From Candidatus Bathyarchaeota archaeon (GTDB lineage Archaea; Thermoproteota; Bathyarchaeia; 40CM-2-53-6; RBG-13-38-9): a DNA stretch of 64,000 bases. The stretch spans positions 256,001-320,000 of the forward strand of contig CAWECG010000003.1 of the NCBI GenBank assembly GCA_963807605.1. The letters run 5' to 3'. This document shows positions 40,059 through 50,058 of this stretch, piece after piece (the first letter of the stretch is position 1; each line of letters begins with the position of its first letter). The notes below the pieces were generated by a model. It was not told the DNA's origin. It was given only the letters and a program-made list of their open reading frames with translations, and made no database searches. Made by a program: the position numbers and the translations under genes.

Positions 40059-41180
40059 CTATGCCCTGCTAGCTTCTTTGGCGGTTAGGATGGCGTGAAC
40101 GAAATCGTCAACGTTTACCCCTACGACTTTAAGTCCAAAATCGTTGAAGCACGTGAGAATTTTCTCCCGCAGTGCCTCCTTATCGAGCAATACTCCGACG
40201 AGTGACTGCTCCAACTTTTCGATCATGCCGGTGTGTGGCTCGGTGAAGAAGTCTCCTGAGATCGATATGTCTCCGATTCTATCGTCGATTATCTCCATTG
40301 TGATTCGGACCATCTTCTGAGCCTTGTAGATGCCTTCACATATGCGCACTCCTTCTTTCACCTTGATTTGCCGAACAGGCGCACCTGCAGCTTGAAAGAG
40401 TCGTTCATGACTTAGATCCTTCATGAATGTCCATTCTCTTTCTCTTCTCTCGGCTAAGAGTTCATTCAGGTATTGTCTCTCCTCGGAGGAGGGTTCTCCC
40501 TTCTCGAGCGTAACGCCAATTTGTCTTTCAAACTCATTGATCAGGTTTTGCTTAAGCTCATCTCTGGTCGGGGGCTCTCCTAATTCCAGTCTTAATGATG
40601 TCATCCATTCCGACAATGATTTCTTCAACTTATCCCGAAACTTCTCGTCGGGCACTCTAAGTACCCTCGTCATGAGTTCAGTCGGAAGGTCGATGAGAAT
40701 ATCACCGGCGAGAACCATCGCCTCTTCTATGGATAATCCGCCATTTCCAGAGATCTTCCTGTCTTTCACGATTATGTCGTTTATCGGTTTGTACTTAGCA
40801 TGGACACCAAAGCTTCGCAAAGCGTCGGCCACAAGGGAGAGGAATTGTTTATAGAAGTCCTTAATGTCGACTGGGCATTCGTTGCTCCTCCTTCCGACTA
40901 TGAAGAAGTAGTCCTGCTCCCAAGGACCGTCAAGAATGGTTCCACCACCAATCGAGCGTCTGACGATAGGAAAACCCTGCTGTTTAGCGAAGTCGACATC
41001 AACTTCTTTTTCCACAACTTGGTGAAATCCCACATTCACAAATGGCTCCACCGGATAATTGAGGACTAATGTGTTTGGGGAATTCTGTTCACTAACGACT
41101 CTTGCAACCGCTTCATACAGGCTCGTCATTGTAAAGCCGTCGACGGCCCCCATATCCAATAGTCTCCAACTCACATCCAT
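40059..41180 (-). CDS. Lipoate-protein ligase A family with C-terminal domain
   Basis: RRSIGGGTI, INDI...KISGNG, ISGDFF. Confidence 0.9.
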   Translation of the reverse strand: MDVSWRLLDMGAVDGFTMTSLYEAVARVVSEQNSPNTLVLNYPVEPFVNVGFHQVVEKEVDVDFAKQQGFPIVRRSIGGGTILDGPWEQDYFFIVGRRSNECPVDIKDFYKQFLSLVADALRSFGVHAKYKPINDIIVKDRKISGNGGLSIEEAMVLAGDILIDLPTELMTRVLRVPDEKFRDKLKKSLSEWMTSLRLELGEPPTRDELKQNLINEFERQIGVTLEKGEPSSEERQYLNELLAERREREWTFMKDLSHERLFQAAGAPVRQIKVKEGVRICEGIYKAQKMVRITMEIIDDRIGDISISGDFFTEPHTGMIEKLEQSLVGVLLDKEALREKILTCFNDFGLKVVGVNVDDFVHAILTAKEASRA

Positions 41181-41289
41181 TCACACTCTTTTGTTCGTGA
41201 TTGACGACCCACCATAGGTTATAAAAAGCGCGGTAGGTAATTTGAATATCTTCAATTCAACAATTGAAGTACAGGTCTCGTTGACCAAT

Positions 41290-41803
41290 TGACTATGGGC
41301 TTCCAGTCTTTGGTACCTGACAGAGCGATGTTCATAGTTTTCAGAGAAACAATTCGTACTCTCGATGGGTGAAGACGCTGTACAGGCACCACTTACGCCT
41401 TTGAAAGTCTCGGCGTACCATCTCGTTCCACATTTGCTGCAGACCACCTGTTCACCATCCAGCCAGAAAGAGCTTGACTCACACGGGTCGCATTTACTTG
41501 TGGCCGTTATGATTCTCCTTGAGGAAGCAATGTAGGCCATTATAGGAACAGTCTTGCCAGCCTAGGTGGAATCTGGGATGATGTAGCCTATCGACTGGAC
41601 TTTCGCGAGCGATAGGACTATGTTCTCCCCCTCTACTGTATATCCAGCTCTTGTTGCATTTGGCGGCGGGCTAAATCGGACATTGGTTTGGGAACGGTAA
41701 CCACGCCTTTCTCTATGCCCACGAAAAAGAATCCAACTGCTACTGCTGCAAGCAGCAGCAAAGGTACCACTACAATCCTAGATATTCGTGTCTGTCCACT
41801 CAT
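41290..41803 (-). pseudogene. Degraded tandem paralog of the DUF2318 protein
   Basis: Frameshifts and stop codons; retains GENIVLS, TVPIMAY, CDPCES, CSKCGTRW..ETFKGVSGAC; limits approximate. Confidence 0.8.
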
Positions 41804-41873
41804 GAGGATCCTTTCTCTTTTTTCATTGCTTAGATAACTCACCTCCTGATGTTCGTGTAATCGCACTCTGGTG

Positions 41874-42467
41874 CTAGACGCGTGGTTTCCAGTTTAGAAT
41901 CTGGGTTTCACCTATCAGCAACTTTTCGCCTACTGTGACGGACTTCATCTCAGCCGGCGGATAGTCCGGGCAGCCACCGCTAATTCCCTTCAGGGATTCC
42001 GCGTCCCAACGAGTTCCACATTTGCCGCACACTAACTCGCGGCCTTCGAGCGTAAAGCTAGTTGACTGACACGGCTCACATAGTCTGACTGCTACAACGA
42101 TCCTACCAGATGGTGTGACGTAAACCATCATTGGAATAGTCTTGGAGGAATTCTTGTAGTCGAAGATAACGTATTTCTTTGAGGTTATCTCGTTCATCGA
42201 GAGGACAATGTTTCCACCCTGTTCAGTGTAGTTTATTATGCTTGGTACAATTGTAGTCTGAGAACTCTGGGGGGGCACTGACTGAGTATTCTGAGTGGGT
42301 TGCTCTCCTTTCAATTCTGCGCCTACACTTTTACTTCCTGAGGTAGTGATGTAGAAAAGTCCGGCCGCCACTATTACAACGGTTAATAGGACGATGGCTG
42401 TGGGGAGATTGCTTCTCCTCTTGGATCTCAAGACTTGCTCACGTTTTCTTTTTCCCATTCTTATCAC
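41874..42467 (-). CDS. DUF2318 (FtrD-like) membrane-anchored Fe-S/Cys-rich protein
   Basis: TM anchor; CEPC...LVCGKCGTRW...SGGCP. Confidence 0.8.
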   Translation of the reverse strand: MIRMGKRKREQVLRSKRRSNLPTAIVLLTVVIVAAGLFYITTSGSKSVGAELKGEQPTQNTQSVPPQSSQTTIVPSIINYTEQGGNIVLSMNEITSKKYVIFDYKNSSKTIPMMVYVTPSGRIVVAVRLCEPCQSTSFTLEGRELVCGKCGTRWDAESLKGISGGCPDYPPAEMKSVTVGEKLLIGETQILNWKPRV

Positions 42468-42477
42468 CTCCCTGTTC

Positions 42478-43155
42478 CTAAGCGTTCACCAATCGACCGT
42501 CGACGAGTTTGATCGTCCTCTTGGCCATGGCAGCGTTTTTCTCATTATGTGTCACCAATATCACAGTCGATCCTTCCTGATTCAGCTCGCTCAGCAAATC
42601 CATTATCTGTTGTCCCGTCGCAGTATCCAAGTTACCAGTAGGCTCATCCGCCAAGATTATCTGCGGCTCACTGACTATGGCTCTGGCGATCGCAACTCTC
42701 TGCTGTTCCCCGCCTGAAAGTTGCCCGGGAAGTTTTTCCTCTTTTCCTGAAAGGCCAACCTTTGAAATTGCTCTTCTTGCAACTTCATCTTTGGTTTTGC
42801 TGGATCCGTATGCTATCACTAGTGGAAGCATCACGTTCTCGAGTACGTTTAGATGTTTTATGAGGTGGAATTGTTGAAAGATGAACCCGACATAGTTGCG
42901 TCTGTACTCGGCTAGCTGCGTGGTTCCCAGTTTGTGTACAGGTATTTCGTCCACTACGATCTCTCCGCTGGTTGGGTAGTCCAAGCCTCCCACGAGGGAT
43001 AGAAGAGTTGTCTTGCCAGAACCCGAAGGTCCCATTATTGCAATAAACTCGTCCATTGCAACGTCCAGGGTGACAGCGTTGAGGGCTCTTGTTCCCGTCC
43101 CGCCATTGAATTCCTTTGATACTTCTGTCAAATTGATCAGGGCATTGTTACTCAT
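42478..43155 (-). CDS. ABC transporter ATP-binding protein (LolD/MacB type)
   Basis: GPSGSGKTT, LSGGEQQR, ADEPTGNLD. Confidence 0.95.
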   Translation of the reverse strand: MSNNALINLTEVSKEFNGGTGTRALNAVTLDVAMDEFIAIMGPSGSGKTTLLSLVGGLDYPTSGEIVVDEIPVHKLGTTQLAEYRRNYVGFIFQQFHLIKHLNVLENVMLPLVIAYGSSKTKDEVARRAISKVGLSGKEEKLPGQLSGGEQQRVAIARAIVSEPQIILADEPTGNLDTATGQQIMDLLSELNQEGSTVILVTHNEKNAAMAKRTIKLVDGRLVNA

Positions 43156-43165
43156 CGGTTCTCAC

Positions 43166-44329
43166 CTACAGAGATCTCAAGGTTATGGATGGAAGGGTAT
43201 TCGCCGCCCTCCAAGATGGGTAGATGGATGCTAAGCCGCATACGACTAAGCCCAGAGTCAGGGATGTAGGGATTAGTGATGGTTGGAGAGAAACAGTGGT
43301 GTTGGCTAGGAGTGGTCCCATAAAAATCCCCATTGCAGAGCCTACGGCGAAGCCGGTCAGACCGGCAAGCGCTCCTATGATGAGAGCCTCTAGAAGGAAA
43401 ATGGATGCTATGTCCCATTGGTTGTAGCCGATGGCTCTCATGACTCCAATTTCGTTCTTTCTCTCATTGATCGAGGACATCATTGCGCCTGCAGTTCCGA
43501 GAACGCCAACCGTCAAGACGATTGCAAGTATGACTGTGGAGAAGCCATTCATCTGGTACAGAATATTCATCTCGGCCCTGGCAACCTGTCTCACTGGAAC
43601 TGCTCTAGCTGCTATTGCATGGTCTTTGAAGATCTCATTCATCTCGGAAGCCATCTCTTCAATAGGGCAGCTATTACAGTATGCTCGTACGTCTACGAGT
43701 GTGAGTCTGCCAATCTTGCCTGTCAGACTTTGTAGAAGCTTGAGATCGGTGAAGATTAGATAGTCATCTTGTGAACCTGACTCTTTTATCTCTCCGACAA
43801 CAGTGAAGGTGTGGTTGAGCAGCGAGATATTGGAGCCCACACTCTTGTCGAGGATCCGCTTGGGTTCTTGACCGATAAGGACCTCGTCTTCGCGTTGGGG
43901 CCATCGACCATCTATTTCCAAGTATTGTTTCAATGTCTTCTCTGAGGGGAAGTCGACGCCGGCAAGGATGACATCTTTATCCTCAATATTAGCTTGAAGG
44001 AAGAGTTTTGGCGATACTATTGCAATACTACCGTTGTCCTTTATTGTGCGTATGCTTGCTATTTCCCGTTCAAGCAATTCATTAGAACCCACGTTCAACG
44101 AACCCAACGTCAGCGAGCCAGCTGTGAGAGATAACGAACTCGTCTTTGGCATCACAGCTAAGTTGGCCCCAAAACTCTCAAGTTCTTTGTCGATCCTGCT
44201 TCGCATTGAAACACTCACGGAGAGCATTGAGGTTACCGTGGCGACACTAACGGCTACTGTGAGGACAAGCAGCAGCGCTCTAGTCTTTCTCCTCGTTAAG
44301 GCTTTGATTGACAGATCGAAAAGACGCAA
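43166..44329 (-). CDS. FtsX/MacB-family ABC permease with extracellular CxxC
   Basis: 4-TM topology, ERKNEIGVMRAIG, YCNSCP. Confidence 0.9.
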   Translation of the reverse strand: MRLFDLSIKALTRRKTRALLLVLTVAVSVATVTSMLSVSVSMRSRIDKELESFGANLAVMPKTSSLSLTAGSLTLGSLNVGSNELLEREIASIRTIKDNGSIAIVSPKLFLQANIEDKDVILAGVDFPSEKTLKQYLEIDGRWPQREDEVLIGQEPKRILDKSVGSNISLLNHTFTVVGEIKESGSQDDYLIFTDLKLLQSLTGKIGRLTLVDVRAYCNSCPIEEMASEMNEIFKDHAIAARAVPVRQVARAEMNILYQMNGFSTVILAIVLTVGVLGTAGAMMSSINERKNEIGVMRAIGYNQWDIASIFLLEALIIGALAGLTGFAVGSAMGIFMGPLLANTTVSLQPSLIPTSLTLGLVVCGLASIYPSWRAANTLPSITLRSL

Positions 44330-44342
44330 ATGAGGAGGCGAC

Positions 44343-44361
44343 CTTTACATTTCCTGCAAAG
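44343..44361. promoter_or_regulatory. Operator CTTTACA-N5-TGCAAAG (one mismatch)
   Basis: 13 bp upstream of the permease start, in the region divergent to the BlaI-like gene. Confidence 0.65.
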
Positions 44362-44457
44362 CAGCAGCTACAGAAACAATATATAAGGGTTATGATAAAA
44401 GCATCGATATCACATGCAAAGCATTGTGGGAATTCAAAAACTTCAGAGGCAAACGAA

Positions 44458-44838
44458 TTGTCAAATGTCAGAAGAATCCGCATGGAGAAGAAGGGGCTCG
44501 AGACAGTTCTAAGTGCTCTGGAATCAGACATCATGAACCTTCAATGGAAGAAAGGTCCACTACGAGTTAGAGACATACACGAAACACTAGGCAAGAAACA
44601 CAATGTCGCTCTCACTACTATAGCAGTCACAATGGATCGTCTCCACCAGAGGAAGATAGTTGAAAGAGAGATCGAAACAGGCCGTGGCGGACTCCACTAC
44701 ATATATCATCCTTCCAAAAGTAAGAAGGAATTCGAGAGGTCAATAGTAGATCAAGCAGTCAACAAACTGATTGAGGTCTTCGGAACAACTGCGGTTTCCT
44801 ATTTTGACGAAAGGTTCAAGAAGAGCGCCAAGACATAG
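44458..44838 (+). CDS. BlaI/MecI/CopY-family transcriptional repressor
   Basis: LSALESDIMNLQW, VRDIHE, ALTTIAVTMDRLHQRKIVER, YIYHP; start TTG 44458 or ATG 44482. Confidence 0.9.
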   Translation: MSNVRRIRMEKKGLETVLSALESDIMNLQWKKGPLRVRDIHETLGKKHNVALTTIAVTMDRLHQRKIVEREIETGRGGLHYIYHPSKSKKEFERSIVDQAVNKLIEVFGTTAVSYFDERFKKSAKT

Positions 44839-44855
44839 ATCCGCCACCGACGGCG

Positions 44856-45596
44856 TTGATTCTGTTGACTCTGCTATATCCGACGAACTGCCTGCTTGCC
44901 TGCGTAACGACACCACCAGTCTCGTCAGTACTGGCAGCCTCAGCGACCGTAGGGGTGCTAAGCTTCCTACCCGTGAGATTTGGCAATTTCGGCAACAATA
45001 CACGTCTTGCCTCCATCTATTTGCATATAACATCTTTCATTTTCCTAATCGCCACACTTTCCATATCGATGATTTGTGGCATGTTTCTTCTGAACGTACT
45101 ACTGCCTGCGGTACCTATTCTATTACTAGTGGGCATGGTTGCAACGTATCTCTTGGGACCACGGTTATATCTGTCATCTCTGAAGGCAAGTCAGTCGAGA
45201 AATCAGGACCTAATCAAATGGGCGGCACATTACTCCAGAATTATGGGAATAAGAACTCCAGATATATACACAATGAATGAAATGGAGCCTGCTGCTTTTG
45301 CGATACATAGCATCAGACCGAAAATATGCTTCTCGAACCCAATTCTGAAAAGATTGACAACAGAAGAGATAGGAGCGATACTGATCCATGAAATCGCACA
45401 TATACGAATGAAGACACAAATCTTCAAAATTTCCTTATCATTCTTAAGATACCTAACACCTTTCTCGTTTATTCATTCATTTCTAGGAGACCTTCGTCCA
45501 GTGGAAGATCGGGCTGACGAATACGTCAAAACGATTCAAGGAACGTCAGAACATCTGGACAATGCCAGAGATAAAGTCGCACGACCTTATTCTTAG
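44856..45596 (+). CDS. BlaR1-like (M56/M48) membrane metalloprotease without a PBP sensor domain
   Basis: N-terminal TMs, PAAF, HEIAH, EDRAD; directly downstream of the BlaI-like gene. Confidence 0.82.
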   Translation: MILLTLLYPTNCLLACVTTPPVSSVLAASATVGVLSFLPVRFGNFGNNTRLASIYLHITSFIFLIATLSISMICGMFLLNVLLPAVPILLLVGMVATYLLGPRLYLSSLKASQSRNQDLIKWAAHYSRIMGIRTPDIYTMNEMEPAAFAIHSIRPKICFSNPILKRLTTEEIGAILIHEIAHIRMKTQIFKISLSFLRYLTPFSFIHSFLGDLRPVEDRADEYVKTIQGTSEHLDNARDKVARPYS

Positions 45597-45701
45597 AGTA
45601 TGCCGCCCAGAGTTCTTGTTGAGGATCAAAAGAAATGAGTATGTCGTTCCTGCCTGGATACTATTCCTAATGAAATATTGTGGGCAACTAAATTACCCTA
45701 A

Positions 45702-46239
45702 GCTAATGTGGCCTTCATAATCAAGACGAGGGTTCAGTTGCAGCGAGACCTAGGTGCTGCCCTTGAGTCCCTTCAACGCCTTTCTGTTTCTCCAAGGGCT
45801 AGAAACCTTACCCTTGCGAGTAAGGAAACATTCTGAAAATGCTCTTGAAGTAGCAAAATTCTTTAAGGATCATCCCCTGGTGGCCTGGGTTAACTATCCT
45901 GGATTGAAAGAACACCCGAGCCATGAGTTGGCCACAAAATACCTTGGAGGGTATTATGGAGGACTGGTGGGCTTCGGGATAAAAGGTGGACTGGAAGCTG
46001 GAAAGAGATTCATCGAATCAGTGAAGCTATTCTCGCATCTTGTCAATATAGGTGATGCCAAGAGCCTAGTAGTTCATCCTGCCTCAATAACTCATCAGCA
46101 ATTAACGCCAGAAGAGCAGAGGGCAACAGGGGTAACGGAAGACTACATCAGACTATCCATTGGACTGGAGAACGTAGAAGGCATAATCGACGATATTGAC
46201 CAGGCCCTAAGGAAAGCTGTACAACCTACTAGCCAATAA
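45702..46239 (+). pseudogene. C-terminal remnant of O-acetylhomoserine sulfhydrylase (MetY)
   Basis: [17 protein letters not shown] / frameshift / [16 protein letters not shown]...[17 protein letters not shown]; N-terminal part missing. Confidence 0.85.
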
Positions 46240-46256
46240 CTCTTATATCCTTGTTG

Positions 46257-46275
46257 CTTTACAATTGATGTAAAT
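46257..46275. promoter_or_regulatory. Operator CTTTACA-N5-TGTAAAT upstream of cysK
   Basis: About 8 bp downstream of TATA-like CTTATAT (46242-46248), 45 bp before the ATG. Confidence 0.72.
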
Positions 46276-46320
46276 CATCATTCATAAGAAGTCCTGACTG
46301 AAGTGGTTTGAGACTGATCT

Positions 46321-47283
46321 ATGACAAAGAAAATCTATGATAATGTTCTAGAGACGGTAGGCCAAACCCCTCTGGTAAAACTGAACAGGATAACCAGAGG
46401 TATTGAGGCAACCATCCTTGCCAAGCTCGAAGCTCGAAATCCTGCCGGAAGCGTCAAAGATAGAATCTGCCTCAGCATGATCGAGGAGGCTGAAAAGCAA
46501 GGTCTGCTTAACCCTAACTCAGTCATAATAGAGCCCACAAGCGGCAATACAGGCATAGGCTTAGCAATGGTTGCAGCTGTCAAAGGTTATCGGCTGATCC
46601 TGACCATGCCGGATACGATGAGCTTGGAAAGAAGAACCCTGCTGATGGCCTACGGTGCCGAGCTCGTATTGACTCCGGGAGCAAAAGGCATGGGAGGAGC
46701 TATTGAGAAAGCTGAGGAATTAGCCAAGACCATTCCCAATTCCTTCGTACCGCAACAATTCAAGAATCCCGCAAACCCTAAGATTCACCGGGAAACAACA
46801 GCCATCGAGATCTGGGAAGACACCGAGGGACGTGCGGACATTTTCGTGGCCGGCGTCGGAACCGGCGGAACCATAACAGGTGTTGCCGAAGTGATCAAAC
46901 CTAAGAAGCCATCTTTCAAAGCAGTCGCTGTCGAGCCATTTGATTCGCCAGTTCTTTCAGGAGGTAAACCAAGTCCGCACAAGATCCAGGGAATCGGAGC
47001 AGGGTTCATTCCTGAAGTCCTGAATATCGAACAGGTGGATGAAGTAGTCAAGGTAAAGAACGAAGAAGCTATCGACACGACCCGTCAACTTGTCAAGGAA
47101 GAGGGAATCCTGTGCGGCATCTCTTCTGGAGCAGCGGTATTTGCCGCAATTCAAATTGCAAAAAGACCAGAAAACAAGAACAAACTAATAGTCGCAGTGC
47201 TACCAGATACTGGAGAGCGATACCTCTCTTCAGTACTGTTCAAAGAGTTACACGAGGCAGCGGCAAAGCTGCAGGTAAACTAG
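46321..47283 (+). CDS. cysK: Cysteine synthase A
   Basis: [51 protein letters not shown]. Confidence 0.93.
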   Translation: MTKKIYDNVLETVGQTPLVKLNRITRGIEATILAKLEARNPAGSVKDRICLSMIEEAEKQGLLNPNSVIIEPTSGNTGIGLAMVAAVKGYRLILTMPDTMSLERRTLLMAYGAELVLTPGAKGMGGAIEKAEELAKTIPNSFVPQQFKNPANPKIHRETTAIEIWEDTEGRADIFVAGVGTGGTITGVAEVIKPKKPSFKAVAVEPFDSPVLSGGKPSPHKIQGIGAGFIPEVLNIEQVDEVVKVKNEEAIDTTRQLVKEEGILCGISSGAAVFAAIQIAKRPENKNKLIVAVLPDTGERYLSSVLFKELHEAAAKLQVN

Positions 47284-47308
47284 TACCACGATAATTGAGG
47301 GGTTTTTT

Positions 47309-48478
47309 ATGAGTGAACTTCAGCCTAGCAAATTGCGTATTCACCTTGCATCAATATCACTGGTAGTTATGCTTGTGATTGCAGGCATGGTAGGATACTT
47401 TTATGTTCAGACTCGATCTCAACTAAGCACCCTTCAAGGCAGGTTTGATAATCTTCAGTCACTTGTGGAAAAGCTTAATCAGACACAAAGCGAAGGGGCT
47501 GGAGCCCATGGGGTCTACGTTGGCGTAGAACAGTCCGTCGTGCAAGTATTGAATATGCAGAGGGGAACTAATGGACTTACACTCTCGGCACGGGGCACAG
47601 GTTTCACCTATGACGGAGACGGTCACATCATAACAAATGACCATGTAGTAGCGGGAGCGGACGCGGTGGAGGTAGGCTTTCTGGACGGCACCACTATCAC
47701 AACAGTAGTCGTTGGCACTGATGTATACTCCGATTTAGCAGTCTTGAAGGTACAGACATCGCCGGGGGAGCTTAAACCTGTCACCTTAGGCAACTCATCG
47801 CAGCTGCTCGTGGGGGAGGCGATATATGCGGTCGGAGCTCCTTTTGGACTTGGTTGGTCGCTGACACAAGGGATTGTAAGTCAGATTGGGAGGTCACTCC
47901 CGACTACCGGTGGGTATGTGATACCTGGCGAAATTCAGGTAGATGCTGCCATAAATCCGGGCAACAGCGGTGGCCCACTACTTAATAGTCTCGGAGAGGT
48001 CGTTGGGGTTAACGAGGCCATCGAATCTCAGACAGGGCAGTTCTCAGGCGTCGGCTTTGCAATCCCATCGAATTTGGTTAAGAGAGTCGCACCATCACTT
48101 ATACGAACAGGGCATTATGATCATCCTTGGCTGGGAGTTGCCGGCACAGACGTAACCTCCTCAATAGCCGAAAAGCTGAACCTCCCAGAGACACGAGGCT
48201 TCCTAGTCACATCTGTGATGAACAGTAGTCCTGCGGAGAAGGCGGGAGTACGCGGTGGAAATACGATGACAATCATTGAGGGAAGTAATGTAACCTTAGG
48301 CGGAGACGTGATAACGGGCATTGACGGCAGAAACGTGAACAAACTTGAGGATATACTTTACTATATTGAGTATTTCAAGAATCCTGGAGATAAGATTGTT
48401 CTAAACATAATCAGGAACAACGAGGCGCTGACAGTTGAGGTTGCGCTGGGAGCAAGGCCCGCTCCATCCTCACCCTGA
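47309..48478 (+). CDS. Membrane-anchored HtrA/DegP-type serine protease with PDZ
   Basis: ITNDHVV, SDLAVL, DAAINPGNSGGP, C-terminal PDZ. Confidence 0.95.
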   Translation: MSELQPSKLRIHLASISLVVMLVIAGMVGYFYVQTRSQLSTLQGRFDNLQSLVEKLNQTQSEGAGAHGVYVGVEQSVVQVLNMQRGTNGLTLSARGTGFTYDGDGHIITNDHVVAGADAVEVGFLDGTTITTVVVGTDVYSDLAVLKVQTSPGELKPVTLGNSSQLLVGEAIYAVGAPFGLGWSLTQGIVSQIGRSLPTTGGYVIPGEIQVDAAINPGNSGGPLLNSLGEVVGVNEAIESQTGQFSGVGFAIPSNLVKRVAPSLIRTGHYDHPWLGVAGTDVTSSIAEKLNLPETRGFLVTSVMNSSPAEKAGVRGGNTMTIIEGSNVTLGGDVITGIDGRNVNKLEDILYYIEYFKNPGDKIVLNIIRNNEALTVEVALGARPAPSSP

Positions 48479-48849
48479 AAGCTTCTTACCAACGGAGCTT
48501 ATTCTAATCTAACTTTGCGGGACGGCTTGCTCACATCGATTCATTCTGAGATCTACAATTTGCTGACAGTAGCCGATTATTTGCAAGCTTGTTAGTCAGG
48601 AATTAGTTCGTTTTTTCTTGGAGAGAAATATGATTCAGCTTGACTTCCGTGGCCACTATTTGGGTTAGATTTGGTGGCGAAGTGGGCTAAATTCTGGAAA
48701 CTCCTAGATAGTCTGTGATACCCTGCATCCAACAAATACAGGATGTTGCTAAATATTGTGTAAGAAAGGTTTCTTTGGAATAGCCTTCTTGGCGAGGAAC
48801 AAAATGATTTTATCGAGCTTTGAACACAAAAATAAACTGAGATGAGTGT

Positions 48850-49233
48850 ATGAGCGATAGAAGTAGCGGTTGGATCATCCTCTTAGTCATTATCTTGATA
48901 ATAGTCTTCGCAGGGCCCTTGATGTTCATGGGAGGAGGGTTTATGGGGCCAAGCATGATGGGTGGCTACGGCCCGAACGGTGGCATGATGGGCTATGGAG
49001 GATATGGCTATGGTTACGGCTTCAACTGGCTCGGCGCAATCGTCCGAATAATCGTATTCCTGATCTTCATCGGTCTGATAGCGTTTGGAATCTACTACCT
49101 CGTAGGAGCAGGCAGACCAACACCAACAAGTCCAGCACCAAGCAACAGACCACTTGAGATTCTAAAGGAACGATATGCCAAAGGCGAGATAACAAAAGAA
49201 GAGTACGAACGAATGAAGCAGGAACTCTCCTAA
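48850..49233 (+). CDS. Gly/Met-rich membrane protein with SHOCT domain
   Basis: GMMG repeats, PLEILKERYAKGEITKEEY. Confidence 0.88.
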   Translation: MSDRSSGWIILLVIILIIVFAGPLMFMGGGFMGPSMMGGYGPNGGMMGYGGYGYGYGFNWLGAIVRIIVFLIFIGLIAFGIYYLVGAGRPTPTSPAPSNRPLEILKERYAKGEITKEEYERMKQELS

Positions 49234-49246
49234 GAGGAGTAACAGA

Positions 49247-50041
49247 ATGAACAGAAGGATCCTACTTGGAGTACTTCTAATCATAATAGGCATCGTAGGG
49301 TTAGCCGCATTCTCAACAGTACAATGGGCGCCAACATACACAGGCCAGATAACTACATTTCCACTGCAAACGACTCCCTTCCCAACAGTTCCAACTCCAA
49401 CTATAGGATCCTACCAACCTTACCAGGCAATTCCAAGGAATATCGATGAGGCCGCACAGGTGGCGAAGAGTTGGGTAGCATCCTTAGGATACCCTGACTT
49501 AGCTGTCAAGGAGATCATGGAGTTCCAGTATAACTACTACTTCATTGCCTACGAGAAGAGCACAGGGATCGACGCCTTCGAAGGAATCATCGAGAAAGCG
49601 GTCGGCCTGAGCGGAATGGGAGGGATGATGGGAATAATCCATCCAGAGCAGGGGCCGAGCATGATGTGGAACACTAAGTACGGCAGTATGATGGGAGGCA
49701 TGATGGGCAGTTGGGGACCACTAGGCGGCTGGAGTCAAGGCGGAGGAATGATGGGCCCCGGTATGATGGGCCGTGGATGGGGATACCAGCCATACGGTGG
49801 AGTGCCAACAGCTAATATGTCGGTTACAAAGACAGATGCAAAGCAACTAGCCCAAACCTACCTAGACTCGAACCTTCCAGGCGCCTCACTAGAAGAACCA
49901 GAAACCTTCTACGGATACTATACCCTGCATGTACTCAAGGATGGCAAGATATACGGAATGTTAAGCGTCAACGGCTACACCGGTCAGGTATGGTACCACA
50001 CTTGGCACGGCGCCTTCATACAAGAGAAAGAACTAACTTGA
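49247..50041 (+). CDS. Secreted or anchored Gly/Met-rich protein with PepSY-like C-terminus
   Basis: PEQGPSMMWNTKYG, FYGYYTLH, MLSVNGYTGQVWYHTWHG. Confidence 0.75.
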   Translation: MNRRILLGVLLIIIGIVGLAAFSTVQWAPTYTGQITTFPLQTTPFPTVPTPTIGSYQPYQAIPRNIDEAAQVAKSWVASLGYPDLAVKEIMEFQYNYYFIAYEKSTGIDAFEGIIEKAVGLSGMGGMMGIIHPEQGPSMMWNTKYGSMMGGMMGSWGPLGGWSQGGGMMGPGMMGRGWGYQPYGGVPTANMSVTKTDAKQLAQTYLDSNLPGASLEEPETFYGYYTLHVLKDGKIYGMLSVNGYTGQVWYHTWHGAFIQEKELT

Positions 50042-50058
50042 ATGGGGGTAGAACGAAA

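Noticed and set aside
38306-41269. Single palindromes AACTAC-N4-GTAGTT (38306-38321) and CTTCAATT-N4-AATTGAAG (41250-41269)
   Set aside because: Each occurs once in the window, so they cannot be distinguished from chance without comparative data.
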